Virus record (IMG/VR): IMGVR_UViG_3300017528_000567
Span: 1-64,000 of that record
Strand: one strand, 5' to 3'
Length of the DNA stretch: 64,000 nucleotides
This document shows, in pieces, positions 16,142 to 25,713 of this stretch; position 1 is the first letter of the stretch, and the number at the start of each line of letters is the position of its first letter. A program made the translations under genes and the position numbers. The notes beneath the pieces were generated by a model. The model was not told the origin of the DNA. It worked only from the letters and a program-made list of their open reading frames with translations, and ran no database searches.

Positions 16142-17239
16142 GTGAATTTCGATTGGAATCAATACACGGGGCAACTCAAGTGGCTCCCGGAGCGGACCAT
16201 CTATCTGACGCGGCACGGGTCGCACGCTTACGGCACCTCTTTGCCAACAAGCGACCTGGACCTCCGGGGGATCACCGTCGCTCCGATTCACTATTACCTC
16301 GGGATCAGCGAGACGTTCGAGCAGGCGGTACAAAACGAGCCGGTAGACCTCACTATTTTCGACCTACGAAAGTTCGTCAAGCTCGCGGCCGACGCCAATC
16401 CCAACGCCCTCGAGATCCTTTTCACCGACCCGAGCGACCATCTCGTGGTGCACCCGGTGATGCAGGTTCTGCTCGAAAATCGCGATGCGTTCCTTAGCCA
16501 GAAAGCCAAGCACACCTTCAGCGGTTACGCGAGGGCGCAGCTGCGCCGGATACAAGGCCACCACAGATGGCTGAAGTCCCCGCCAAAGGCGGCGCCAACG
16601 CGGCAGGAGTTTGGGCTCCCTGAACGCACCGTGATCCCCGCCGATCAACTCGCGGCAGCTCAAGCCGCTGTTACCAAGCAAGTCGATCAGTGGAGCTGGC
16701 ATGAGATGGAGCACCTGGACCCCGCCACACGGCAGGCGGTCCAGGACGAGTTCTTGCGCCGCCTTACCGAGATCACCCAGTGGAGCTGGGATCAAGTGGA
16801 CGCCAAGGTTTGGCTAGCCGCGAGTCGCGCGATCGGGCTCGATGATAATTTCATCCGGCTGCTAGACCTCGAGCGCCAGTACACAGGCCGTCTGAAGGAG
16901 TGGCAGCAGTACCAGGACTGGAAAAAGAACCGGAACCCGGCCCGCGCCGCCCTCGAAGAGAAGTACGGGTACGACTCGAAACACGCCATGCATCTGGTTC
17001 GGCTAACCAAGATGTGCCGGGAGCTCTTGACCGAAGGAGTGGTCCGGGTGCGTCGCCCCGATGCCGGGGAGCTACTCGAGATTCGCAATGGCGGTTGGAC
17101 ATACGAGCAACTACTGGAATACTCCGACCTCCAGGACGCCGCGCTCGGCGAGCTCGTGAAGGCTTCCACGCTCCCCAAGCAGCCTGACCGAAAGAAGCTC
17201 GACGAACTGTGCCTGACCATCATAGAGCGAATGGGGTAG
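16142..17239 (+). CDS. Pol-beta superfamily nucleotidyltransferase (RlaP/Nuc-transf-like)
   Basis: HGSHAYGTSLPTSDLDLRGI (GS..DxD); ANPNALEILF; GYDSKHAMHLVRL. Confidence 0.85.
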   Translation: MNFDWNQYTGQLKWLPERTIYLTRHGSHAYGTSLPTSDLDLRGITVAPIHYYLGISETFEQAVQNEPVDLTIFDLRKFVKLAADANPNALEILFTDPSDHLVVHPVMQVLLENRDAFLSQKAKHTFSGYARAQLRRIQGHHRWLKSPPKAAPTRQEFGLPERTVIPADQLAAAQAAVTKQVDQWSWHEMEHLDPATRQAVQDEFLRRLTEITQWSWDQVDAKVWLAASRAIGLDDNFIRLLDLERQYTGRLKEWQQYQDWKKNRNPARAALEEKYGYDSKHAMHLVRLTKMCRELLTEGVVRVRRPDAGELLEIRNGGWTYEQLLEYSDLQDAALGELVKASTLPKQPDRKKLDELCLTIIERMG

Positions 17240-17291
17240 ACGAGCCCAGAGAAACAGCGATCGCAACGCTGATCTCTGGGCTGGCCGATCC

Positions 17292-17639
17292 CTAATACCA
17301 GATCTCGAGAACCTTGTGCATGGCGGCCCCATCGCAGCCGTCTGTGCACTGAGAGTCGTAGGGTATGAGAGCCCTAGCTTCTAAGAGGCTTGTCGCGGCG
17401 AGGCGTGGAAAGATGGCCTTACGGATTTTCCCGCGGGGTGACACTTGCCAGTGCCGGACCAAGTACATCCCGGGGCACTCCTTGGTTGAGTCGGTGTGGA
17501 TGACCCAGATGTTGTGGTTGCCCGCCTGGTCACGCCGCTCGAGCCAGCGTCGAGGGATTCGGCCGCCCAAAGGTCCGCCAAGAGCTCGGACCCATTGCGG
17601 CCGATATGGACGAACATTAAACCCCTGTCGCGGCTTCAT
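17292..17639 (-). CDS. hypothetical protein
   Basis: IWVIHTD...PGMYLVRHW...TSLLEARALIP...VLEIWY looks like a real small phage protein; start uncertain. Confidence 0.55.
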   Translation of the reverse strand: MKPRQGFNVRPYRPQWVRALGGPLGGRIPRRWLERRDQAGNHNIWVIHTDSTKECPGMYLVRHWQVSPRGKIRKAIFPRLAATSLLEARALIPYDSQCTDGCDGAAMHKVLEIWY

Positions 17640-18585
17640 ACTTGCTGACTTTGCTTTGAAAAAGTGAGTACGGATCGCTAGCCCCAAGTGCTGGATCGAA
17701 ACGCACGGAAAACCCAGCAGCCTTGGTATGACCTCCTCCACCCATGCTCTTACAGAAGGCCGCGCAGTCGAACGCGGAGTGGTTGGATCTGAGAGAGTAC
17801 CCAAGGGGGGCTTGTCCATCCACTATGGCAAAATAATCAAACCCTACAACGAGATCGGCTCCATCCTTCACTACTTCACAGGCATCGCTAGTAAGTTTCG
17901 TCCCCTGGAACATGACTACCCGTTTTCCGCCGGGGCTCGTGAAGTGGTAGGCGCCATCGAGAGCCTTGAGAATGGTCCCATGGTGCTGTTCTACCAGCCG
18001 CTGGCCCACCGACCGCCGAGCATCCCACCAAGGTTTGCGAGCCGCTGAGAACGGGGCGTAAACTAACCAGCTCTCCTGTGAGAAGAACCGGATACCTTCC
18101 GCTAGCTCGCATGCTTTGGGCCAGTCCGGGTCGTGCTTCTGCCAGGTGTCTCGAATCCCACTCAACCGGGCAATCTCTGCAGCGAACCGGACTTCATCGT
18201 CATGCGTGGATTTTAGATTCGTCATTGGAAGCCAGACGTGGCGGAAAGCCAGAACCGCTCCGCACACCCCTGGTTCAGTCACTTCATCCCCGAACACACC
18301 ACGCTCTCCGAATGCCTCAACAATGGGCTTAGCGCTCTTATGGTGGTCGAGGATGATGGCCCCCGCATCCACGAACTCCTGATAGCGCGATTCATGCGGA
18401 GAGAAGTCACAGAACAGCGTGTTCGGTTTGACCTCAAGTTTCTCTTGAGCAGCTCCGTACTGGCAAAACTGTATATTCGCGAGCGGTAATGCATCGTGCA
18501 GCAGCATCGCCGAGACAGTGCCGTCAGCACAGTTGTCGTGACATACGATATCAGTGACTTGAGTCAGGGCATCTAGATCTAACAC
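17617..18585 (-). CDS. DHH/DHHA1 phosphoesterase (NrnB-like oligoribonuclease)
   Basis: HDNCADG, FCDFS, ILDHHKS, GGGGHTKAAGF; GTG start after AAAGGAGG. Confidence 0.85.
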   Translation of the reverse strand: MLDLDALTQVTDIVCHDNCADGTVSAMLLHDALPLANIQFCQYGAAQEKLEVKPNTLFCDFSPHESRYQEFVDAGAIILDHHKSAKPIVEAFGERGVFGDEVTEPGVCGAVLAFRHVWLPMTNLKSTHDDEVRFAAEIARLSGIRDTWQKHDPDWPKACELAEGIRFFSQESWLVYAPFSAARKPWWDARRSVGQRLVEQHHGTILKALDGAYHFTSPGGKRVVMFQGTKLTSDACEVVKDGADLVVGFDYFAIVDGQAPLGYSLRSNHSAFDCAAFCKSMGGGGHTKAAGFSVRFDPALGASDPYSLFQSKVSKYEAATGV

Positions 18586-18617
18586 GTAGAGGCCTCCTTT
18601 CGGAGCCCCTACACCGA

Positions 18618-19091
18618 TCAGGCAAAGTCGTAGACGGTCACTGGAAGTTCCTGGAGCTGCCGAGCCACGATCGGCTCCACAGCTTCCCAAAATGCTCCCC
18701 CTAACCCAGTGCCGATACGCGGCATGTGAACAGAGGCTTTCAACTCCAGCGCTAGTTGCGCGACCTTCTCGAGACAATGTTCGAGCGCTTCGAGCCGGAG
18801 CGGGCGCCTGATCGTACCGTAGCCGGCCTGCGCAATCATATTGACCACGTAGATGCTGGGCTCGACCCGCACATACTGGATGTTGCCGAGCTCGAACGGC
18901 TCCATCTGCTCGTTGCTGTTCGTGCGATGCCAGCGCCGGTATTGTGCCTCGGGTTGAGGCCAACGCTTGGAGATAGCTAGGACGAAGCCGCGGCCCCAGC
19001 CGCCGCGGTCGTTGCAGACATGAACGATCATCCCGGTCTCGTATCGAGCCAGCCGCGGGACGGTTGCGTCGCCCTGGGCGTAGTTGATCAT
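18618..19091 (-). CDS. macro domain protein (ADP-ribose processing, Poa1-like)
   Basis: GDAT...VHVCNDRGGWGRGF...MPRIGTGLGG. Confidence 0.9.
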   Translation of the reverse strand: MINYAQGDATVPRLARYETGMIVHVCNDRGGWGRGFVLAISKRWPQPEAQYRRWHRTNSNEQMEPFELGNIQYVRVEPSIYVVNMIAQAGYGTIRRPLRLEALEHCLEKVAQLALELKASVHMPRIGTGLGGAFWEAVEPIVARQLQELPVTVYDFA

Positions 19092-19570
19092 GACCAATCA
19101 CCGATCCGGTGAACCACGCGCCCGACCTTTTGAGCGTACCTGACGCACGCCGCGGTGCCGCCGGCCCTACTCCCATCCCAGCCGGCGACCAGAACGTCAG
19201 AGTTATCGACCATCCAATGGTTGCGGGCGTGAAGTTTCTTTATGGCCTCCCAACGCGCTTCCGGAGCCACCTGATCGACCACATGAACCCGCGCCGCCTT
19301 CTTGATAAGCGTGTAATAGAGCTGTTGCGCGGGCCATGGCCACTCGAGCTCCTGCCCCGGAAAGGGCACCGCAGCAGTGAACGGGATCCCGAGCTCTAGA
19401 CATACCTCCGTGGCCCATTGGTCAAAACCAAGAGCCATCCCCGAAACAGCTTCTGTGGGCTTGAGATCCAAGAGCTTTTCACGCACGCGAGCTCGGACCC
19501 GATCATGCGTGGCACATGGCTTGAAGCCGCCAAACTTTTGGGGGCGATGGCCCGTGAATGAGACGATCAT
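19088..19570 (-). CDS. YspA/SLOG family protein (DUF1273-like)
   Basis: FTGHRP...SGMALGFDQWA...RNHWMVDNSD...WDG...GGTAACVRYA. Confidence 0.9.
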   Translation of the reverse strand: MIVSFTGHRPQKFGGFKPCATHDRVRARVREKLLDLKPTEAVSGMALGFDQWATEVCLELGIPFTAAVPFPGQELEWPWPAQQLYYTLIKKAARVHVVDQVAPEARWEAIKKLHARNHWMVDNSDVLVAGWDGSRAGGTAACVRYAQKVGRVVHRIGDWS

Positions 19571-20229
19571 CAGCCTGCCAAAGCGTTGCGCTTCGCCCGA
19601 ATCGCGTCAAGCAATTCGTTCCGCATGCTCTGGGTCACGATTTTGTCGCGCCGGTCCCTGGTCGAGGCATACCAATCGTTGAGCGCGCCGACCGATCGGA
19701 TCAACTGCAGCTCTAGCGTAAGCTGACTATGAATCTCGACTTCCTGGTACTGCGCCGGAGCGTCCTTGAATTGCTTCGCGGCGTCGCTGGTTGCAGCCTC
19801 TGGTGCCTCTTCAAGCTTGCGCGTCAGCTCGGTCGCCTTACGCACCGCATCGAAAGCGAGCTCAAGCGCCCGCTGGGCATCGAGCTCGCCTCTCCGGTCG
19901 ACATTCAAGAGGGAGTTGATCACGAGCCGCGTGGCTTCAAGAGCTCCGACCGCTGCGTCGTACTGCGCCTGTGATTTGATCCCAGGCATCTGTGATTTGA
20001 ACGCCTCCGCGACCAACTGCTCGGTCCGGGGTGCTGTGGGCTGGGCTTGCTGCTTGAGCAGGTCCCAATCCAACCAATCGAAGTCCTTGGTGAAGTCTCG
20101 CCAGAATGCCTCGTGCTTAGCAGAGCCAGTGCGAAGAGCGTCGACAATGAGGCGTTGCACCTCTCCCCGCCAATGCTCTTCCCCATACTCCACGAATGCC
20201 GCCAGATGTTCTTCTACTGTGATGGTCAT
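19570..20229 (-). CDS. hypothetical helical protein
   Basis: 219-aa ORF, translationally coupled to its neighbours. Confidence 0.75.
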   Translation of the reverse strand: MTITVEEHLAAFVEYGEEHWRGEVQRLIVDALRTGSAKHEAFWRDFTKDFDWLDWDLLKQQAQPTAPRTEQLVAEAFKSQMPGIKSQAQYDAAVGALEATRLVINSLLNVDRRGELDAQRALELAFDAVRKATELTRKLEEAPEAATSDAAKQFKDAPAQYQEVEIHSQLTLELQLIRSVGALNDWYASTRDRRDKIVTQSMRNELLDAIRAKRNALAG

Positions 20230-20510
20230 TGGAGCTTTCGTGTGGCCGCCGCCACAAGCCTCTCTTTGAATTTGTCGGCTACCGCGTCCGCTCCAATTAC
20301 ACCAGCAGCTCTCAGCTTGCGCTCGAAAACGCCGGCCAAGATGTTGGCCCCTTGATGAAGGTTGCGCATAGACTTTAGACAGTCTCGACAGTAGGGAACC
20401 TCTCGCTGGGTATCGTGGCCAATCGTTGCCACCTCTTCATTGGTAAGGTAGAGCACCTCGCCAAAAATGAACATCTCTCCGCACATGCAGCAGTTACTGG
20501 GGCTGGCCAT
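20226..20510 (-). CDS. small Zn-finger hypothetical protein
   Basis: CCMCGE...YCRDC. Confidence 0.7.
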   Translation of the reverse strand: MASPSNCCMCGEMFIFGEVLYLTNEEVATIGHDTQREVPYCRDCLKSMRNLHQGANILAGVFERKLRAAGVIGADAVADKFKERLVAAATRKLQ

Positions 20511-21120
20511 CCATCAGGTCCTTTACGTGCTGTAATTCAGTGTCTCTAATGTCCAGCTTGCCCGTCTCGATCGCTTCAGCCAGAAGCACTGCTTCCGCGA
20601 GAGGCATAAGACTGCTTCTCGCGTTGGCTTTCTGCAAAATCTCGAGACTCGCGCGAGTGAACGCAACCATGGTGTCTGCGTACGGGACAATCGGCGTCTG
20701 AGCTCCGAGCTCATTTGGGCGACATTGCCGCGGGTCGCCCGTTGAGAACGTGAGACGACACCTCAAGGGTCTCGCTTCGTAAGCAGAGCAAGCCCCCTCC
20801 GCATCTAAGATCGGGCAACGGATGTTACTTAGAAGCCAGATCTCAAATGGGAGCCCAAGCGTCTGGCCTCTCGCTTCCTCTACTTCACGGCGCACACGAG
20901 GTGTCCACTTTTTGTTCTCGTGTAGCCAACGGTACAAGATGAGCCCTTCGGCGATCGTTATCAAAAACGGGTGGCTGCAACACGATGCGCAACCTTTCCG
21001 GCATGACGTGAACGGCTCATTGAGGCGCATCTGCAGCTCGTGCTCATGGCCGGTCTTTATCTGGAGGGCCTTGATGTGCCCAACCGCCCGCTCCGCAAGA
21101 ATAGGAAGATGCCGCTTCAT
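20494..21120 (-). CDS. YkgJ family cysteine-cluster (CxxCxxCC) protein
   Basis: CRKGCASCC...CPILD...CSAYEARPLRCR. Confidence 0.9.
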   Translation of the reverse strand: MKRHLPILAERAVGHIKALQIKTGHEHELQMRLNEPFTSCRKGCASCCSHPFLITIAEGLILYRWLHENKKWTPRVRREVEEARGQTLGLPFEIWLLSNIRCPILDAEGACSAYEARPLRCRLTFSTGDPRQCRPNELGAQTPIVPYADTMVAFTRASLEILQKANARSSLMPLAEAVLLAEAIETGKLDIRDTELQHVKDLMDGQPQ

Positions 21121-21641
21121 TCAGGATCCTTGAGCAATCGAAACAAGGTCGAGCTCTTTGGTGCGGCAAGTGCAGCACCGCTCGGCGCCCCAGCGGTCGG
21201 CGCCCCAGCGGTCGGGTGCCTTGTCGGCAGCGGGCTAAAGTGCCGTGGGATCTCCACAGAGCGAGCGGTCCGCCTATCTCGCGAGCCCAGATACACGACC
21301 GTGAGGCGGTCCCCGTACCCCAGACGCAGCTCGGGGTTGAGGTAGAGCGCGCCACCGATCTGAAAATCGTCCAGCTTCACCCAGTCTTGCAGCCGCGTCA
21401 GTTCCGTTCTGGCTCGCCAGACGTGGCCAAGACGCGTGAGACTACAAAATGGCAATGCAGCCGACGGCCACTCTCGCGGGGGGCTGCACCAGACCTCACA
21501 GGCGCCGGTCTGGTCAGCGTCCGACGGCAGTACCTCGGTGCGGCGATCCGCCGACTCGACAACGGCGGTCACGAGCTCGCGGTCTACCTTGCGGACCAGC
21601 CAGAGTAGCCCGCGCCACTGAATGAGGTCTCCTGCATCCAC
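21117..21641 (-). CDS. hypothetical protein
   Basis: GTG start 8 nt after GGTGTAT; ATGA overlap with the YkgJ gene. Confidence 0.7.
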   Translation of the reverse strand: MDAGDLIQWRGLLWLVRKVDRELVTAVVESADRRTEVLPSDADQTGACEVWCSPPREWPSAALPFCSLTRLGHVWRARTELTRLQDWVKLDDFQIGGALYLNPELRLGYGDRLTVVYLGSRDRRTARSVEIPRHFSPLPTRHPTAGAPTAGAPSGAALAAPKSSTLFRLLKDPE

Positions 21642-21649
21642 GGTCCCCA

Positions 21650-21656
21650 ATACACC
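21650..21656 (-). promoter_or_regulatory. class-II motif GGTGTAT
   Basis: 8 nt before GTG 21641. Confidence 0.65.
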
Positions 21657-21734
21657 GCGGCCACAAAAACAGAACGAGGGGGCCGATAACTACCGGTCCC
21701 CTCCAAAACCTCTCAAACCCCTCGTTCTTCGCTC

Positions 21735-22490
21735 TCAGTGGTTCGCGGCCATAGCCCCACGAACATCGATGCCCCTCTTGGCGAACAATTCGTCAGCCGG
21801 AGTCTCGCCTTCATCGTCGCCGGCCGCTTCACGCACGCGAATCTCCGCCACCTCGATCTGGGTATCCTCTGCCGTCGCCACACGGTAGTGCCCGCGATCT
21901 ACGTTCTTGAACACGTGGACCTTGATGGGCTTCCCATTGGTACCCTTGAGCTCGGTGCCATCCGGCCCCTTTGCGTTCTTCATGCTGGAATTCAGCGTGG
22001 TCGAAATGTAGCTCTTCACGTTGCCGGACTTCAGATGGACACCGGCTGTCTCTAAGGCTGCCTCCAGCTCCGGAGCTGTCCAGATCCGCCGGCCCATGAC
22101 ATACGCGAGGCGCTCAGGAACGGTTCCAGCAATGGATCCACCAGCCGCCTGCTTCGGGCGACCTGGCGCACCTTTCGGCTTGTTCTGAACGACAACCTTT
22201 GCAGCCTTTGCAGGCGTCGCATTAGCTACGGACTTGCCGACGGGGCCGGGCTTGGCGTTGCCCTTCGCGGCAGCCGCGGGCTGCTTTTGAAACAGAACGT
22301 TGTAATCCGCGAACTGCTTTTCAGCCATGTCCGCGTCAACGGTAGCCGCCTCCAGCTCCGTTTGCGCTGCGGACAATCCTGCCTGAGCCACACTGAGACG
22401 CGCCTTGGCGTCATTCAGCTGTTTCGATAGCAGGGTTCGAAGACGAGTGATCTCCTCAGAGATGTTCGGTGACGGGACACTTTCTGACAT
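21735..22490 (-). CDS. hypothetical coiled-coil, Lys/Ala-rich protein, possible C-terminal winged helix (nucleoid-like)
   Basis: N-terminal coiled coil, basic linker, then WTAPELEAAL...VKSYISTTL...RGHYRV. Confidence 0.7.
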   Translation of the reverse strand: MSESVPSPNISEEITRLRTLLSKQLNDAKARLSVAQAGLSAAQTELEAATVDADMAEKQFADYNVLFQKQPAAAAKGNAKPGPVGKSVANATPAKAAKVVVQNKPKGAPGRPKQAAGGSIAGTVPERLAYVMGRRIWTAPELEAALETAGVHLKSGNVKSYISTTLNSSMKNAKGPDGTELKGTNGKPIKVHVFKNVDRGHYRVATAEDTQIEVAEIRVREAAGDDEGETPADELFAKRGIDVRGAMAANH

Positions 22491-22697
22491 TGGTACGCAT
22501 CTCCATTTGCGTGTTTTCCAGACGAAGACCTTCAACGGTAGGGCACTGGATAAGCACGAGTGACAAGGTGGGGTTTGGTCCTACTTATTTACTCGACTTA
22601 TCCTAGCCGAGATTAACACGATCAATGTAACCCAGCAACGTGCACGGGTTGTTGTTGAGGAATGACTTCTACGAAGATCGACTCACTATTGACGTGA

Positions 22698-22871
22698 TCA
22701 GGCTCGGCTTGACGGACCTGTGGAAAGGGGGAACTCACGCTCAATGTCCCCTACATGAATTATGCCGAGCCGGCGTAGGGCTTGTTCGGCCTTCCCCTCC
22801 GCAAGCGCCCTGCGAAGACCGGGCAACTGCCGATCTTGGAGTTCTTCAGCGCGCCGAATCACCAACTGCAT
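22698..22871 (-). CDS. small hypothetical protein
   Basis: 57-aa ORF MQLVIRRAEEL..., 14 nt after the upstream stop. Confidence 0.45.
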   Translation of the reverse strand: MQLVIRRAEELQDRQLPGLRRALAEGKAEQALRRLGIIHVGDIEREFPLSTGPSSRA

Positions 22872-22884
22872 GAGTCGATACCAA

Positions 22885-23286
22885 TCAAGGTTGCGTACGG
22901 GCGCCTGAATCTTCCGTTGAGCCTTCGGGGGCGGATTGAACGGTCTTGAGGGCATTATGAATTTCGGTCTCCATTGAAACGATCGTGTCCAGGGGCACAT
23001 CCATCCCGCGGGCAAACATTCGCCTGAACACTGCCGCATGGAATTTGAGCTCGCCCCGCAGAGCTCGGTTCTCGTCTTGAAGCGCGCGCAAATCTTGCGG
23101 GATGTTTTCCAGTTCACGCAGGATTTGCGTGGCACTCTCGAGTTGAGCCTGCAGTGCACCGATCTGGGCAAGGTAGGGCTTGAACTCTTCCGCGATGCTG
23201 GCGAACTCGCGAATCCCTTCAAGCGTCTTTGAGACTTCGGCGTGTGGCGTTTTGCTTTTCGCGGCACGCCGCGCGTGACGATTCAT
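22885..23286 (-). CDS. coiled-coil hypothetical protein
   Basis: MNRHARRAAK start; GAGAG upstream. Confidence 0.7.
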   Translation of the reverse strand: MNRHARRAAKSKTPHAEVSKTLEGIREFASIAEEFKPYLAQIGALQAQLESATQILRELENIPQDLRALQDENRALRGELKFHAAVFRRMFARGMDVPLDTIVSMETEIHNALKTVQSAPEGSTEDSGARTQP

Positions 23287-23302
23287 TGAGCTCTCCAGAG
23301 GG

Positions 23303-23722
23303 TCATTGAGCAAACGGCGGCTGTCCGCGAAAGAGCGAGTAGAACGGGATGGAGCCGGAGTTGTTTGGCTGATTGAGCAAGGCTTGCTCAACGTCCGCCT
23401 CCTCGACAGTCGGCAGACGAGGGACTGTCCTTGCCAGTTCCAACAAAGCGGGGTCAGAGGTGACCGTTAAGAGGTCCTCCCTAGCTTGATCATCTCTCTC
23501 CAACGAGTGGATGATCTGCGCATCGCTCATCGTATCCAGCAGGCAGACCCCGGGTGCTGTGACATCGTTGGGCGTACAGCCGCGCTCAACCCACACATTC
23601 CTCAGCCCCGGCTGGTAACGATCGCAACGGGTCCCGGTACCAAGCCCGGTCCCCGGAGGAAACCCCGCGTTAGGACCACAAGGACCACAAGCACAGGGTG
23701 TATTTTGGCATCCGCAAGACAT
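23303..23722 (-). CDS. hypothetical protein with Cys-rich N-terminus
   Basis: MSCGCQNTPCACGPCG. Confidence 0.65.
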   Translation of the reverse strand: MSCGCQNTPCACGPCGPNAGFPPGTGLGTGTRCDRYQPGLRNVWVERGCTPNDVTAPGVCLLDTMSDAQIIHSLERDDQAREDLLTVTSDPALLELARTVPRLPTVEEADVEQALLNQPNNSGSIPFYSLFRGQPPFAQ

Positions 23723-23745
23723 ACCTACGTCAAAACTCAAGAGGA

Positions 23746-24027
23746 TTACTCAACAGCCTTGTTCTGGAGGTCCGAGACCAGAAAGACGATCCGGGTCTCG
23801 TGCATACCTTCACAGGCAAGGCGCATTCGGCAATACAGGACCCCTGCAAGTCGGCGCTGCTCGTGGGAAGCCGGAAAGATGGCATCCCCACACTCGCGAC
23901 AACGCAGAGTCTTAAGATGGTCAATCATGGCAGAGGCAGATTTGACAGAGATAGCTTCTTCTGCCTCTGCTTGGGTAAAATCTATGGAGTCACTCCGGAG
24001 ATTGTCAAGGTCAAGGTCTAGTTTCAT
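23746..24027 (-). CDS. small Zn-ribbon hypothetical protein
   Basis: CRECG...YCRMRLACEGMH; GGAG upstream. Confidence 0.65.
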   Translation of the reverse strand: MKLDLDLDNLRSDSIDFTQAEAEEAISVKSASAMIDHLKTLRCRECGDAIFPASHEQRRLAGVLYCRMRLACEGMHETRIVFLVSDLQNKAVE

Positions 24028-24238
24028 AGCAACACTACTCCAAGAACGCCAGTGTCTTTGCACGCGGCATCAAGCAAGGCAACAGCGTTGCCAGTGATCC
24101 CAACGGCGCCACTATGGCTACGTTATTGTTTGGCTAGTCATCGTCATCGCCAATCGGCCCCCGTCTGGGTTCCGAAATACTGGCCAAGATTCGATCACTG
24201 CCTTCTACTGCCGCACGGCCATAAAACAAAGTGAGCGG

Positions 24239-25072
24239 TCAATGTCCCCGAATCACGGTCAACCCGCGATTTGTGTTCCGCTTCTTAGGTGCCAGAGACT
24301 TGTCGCCGGCATAGCAGTACTGGCAACCATAGAGGCAGGACTCGTTCAACGTGAAGGGGTCGACCATCGCGACACACTCGCACGACTCAAGCGCTAGCCC
24401 GCCACGTGAGAAATCAGAAGCCGGCACGCATGGGGCAAGGAGAAACTTCGCCCCTTGCCAATCATCAAAAGATCGGTCGTCCTTGCACAACATCACCTGA
24501 ATGCCAGCCGGCGCCGCAATCTCTGCCAGACGATTAAGGATCCCGAAGCGCTCGGAGCAACTGCGCGTCTCTGGGGTTGAATCGTTCGGCTGAAGAAATG
24601 AGACAAAGACCTCGCGGCGACCGGCCCGGTGGGCGTACTCCAGTAGGTACCTGAACCGCTCGAGAACCATCTGGGTAGACAGCAGCGGGATCGGGCTGAA
24701 TCGCCAGTGGACGTTACCGAAGGCCTTCACGGCCTCAACCAGCAGCCGCCCAGCTTCATTGATCGTGGGCGTCCCCTTTTCGACCTCGCGCCAACCAGTC
24801 GCTGTCATGTGAATCACAACGTTGTATCCCTTCAGCCTGAGTTGACTAGCGATCAGGTTGGTCGGGTTTTTCGTCCAGAAGACAAGCGCCAGGGTTTCCT
24901 CGGGGGCAAGGGACCAGACGCTAGGGGCGCCAGTCTTCGAATCGAACGCTATCATCTGCTCAGCGGCTAGGCAGCTCTCAAACCAACTCCACTTCGCCGC
25001 AGGAAGATCCGTATAACGAGAGAGGCTGTAAGGGACCGTCTCTACAACGCCGCTCCTAGGAGGTTTCGACAT
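24239..25072 (-). CDS. DUF1848 family protein (radical-SAM/spore-photoproduct-lyase-like)
   Basis: SLSRYTDLPA...WF...VFWTKNP...WRFSPI...CLYGCQYCYA. Confidence 0.8.
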   Translation of the reverse strand: MSKPPRSGVVETVPYSLSRYTDLPAAKWSWFESCLAAEQMIAFDSKTGAPSVWSLAPEETLALVFWTKNPTNLIASQLRLKGYNVVIHMTATGWREVEKGTPTINEAGRLLVEAVKAFGNVHWRFSPIPLLSTQMVLERFRYLLEYAHRAGRREVFVSFLQPNDSTPETRSCSERFGILNRLAEIAAPAGIQVMLCKDDRSFDDWQGAKFLLAPCVPASDFSRGGLALESCECVAMVDPFTLNESCLYGCQYCYAGDKSLAPKKRNTNRGLTVIRGH

Positions 25073-25080
25073 GGGACCTT

Positions 25081-25087
25081 CTACACC
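25081..25087 (-). promoter_or_regulatory. class-II motif GGTGTAG
   Basis: 8 nt before ATG 25072. Confidence 0.7.
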
Positions 25088-25104
25088 GGAAGCAATGACC
25101 GGAG

Positions 25105-25683
25105 CTACTTGGCCAAACGTGGTCTCGGATGGTAGCTAGACGCACATGGCTCCACTCTAATGCCATGCTTGCGAGCAACATTGTCCAGCGCTAGACGCAC
25201 TAGGCTAGCCACATCGGCGGGAGAATCCCCATTGCCGACGGGATACTCAAGATCGAGCCGCGTTTCACTCATCTCGCCTTCCGCCGGTGCGTGACTCTCC
25301 GTACCCAAGATCTTCAGAGGGATGTCAGCCTCTTCATAGGGGGCCAGATTCTGAATCGTGATATGCTCGCGAGCAATCTCACGGTTGACCGCCATCGGCA
25401 GCGGGCCGTCGGACACCAAGAGCAAACTCATGCGTTTCTTGTCATACGCGGGGCTGGCCTTCTTGGATCGACCCTCTAAGTAATCATCCTGGTGGCACGA
25501 TGGGTCGCTTGGTTTCTTGTGCTTGCAGTAGATGGACCAGGCCGTCGCCCACGCTTGAGAGTCAGAATAGTCAGGGTTCTGCTTCTTCACTTTCTTGAAA
25601 TACGGCTCCACTTTCGCGGGAGCCGACTTCGCACGCCCGGCTTCAAGAAATCGACGCAGCACTCGGTCGGACAGCACGCTCAT
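25105..25683 (-). CDS. hypothetical protein (N-terminal RVLRRFL motif)
   Basis: 192 aa; QAWATAWSIYC motif. Confidence 0.75.
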   Translation of the reverse strand: MSVLSDRVLRRFLEAGRAKSAPAKVEPYFKKVKKQNPDYSDSQAWATAWSIYCKHKKPSDPSCHQDDYLEGRSKKASPAYDKKRMSLLLVSDGPLPMAVNREIAREHITIQNLAPYEEADIPLKILGTESHAPAEGEMSETRLDLEYPVGNGDSPADVASLVRLALDNVARKHGIRVEPCASSYHPRPRLAK

Positions 25684-25713
25684 ACCCAGAGCAGCAGATA
25701 AAAGGGCTAGGCG

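Noticed and set aside
18586-19176. 519-aa extended DHH ORF in the track
   Set aside because: The N-terminal ~197 aa overlap the macro and YspA genes in another frame; the GTG at 18585 has a strong SD.
21183-21215. 15-bp tandem repeat CGGCGCCCCAGCGGT x2
   Set aside because: Small in-frame duplication in a disordered C-terminal tail (PTAGA x2); no wider significance.
22640-22873. Plus-strand 77-aa ORF
   Set aside because: It overlaps a more plausible minus-strand ORF (22698..22871) within a long minus-strand gene run.
24028-24238. 210-nt gap as a possible ncRNA or small gene
   Set aside because: No convincing ORF with a start codon and no clear conserved structure by eye.
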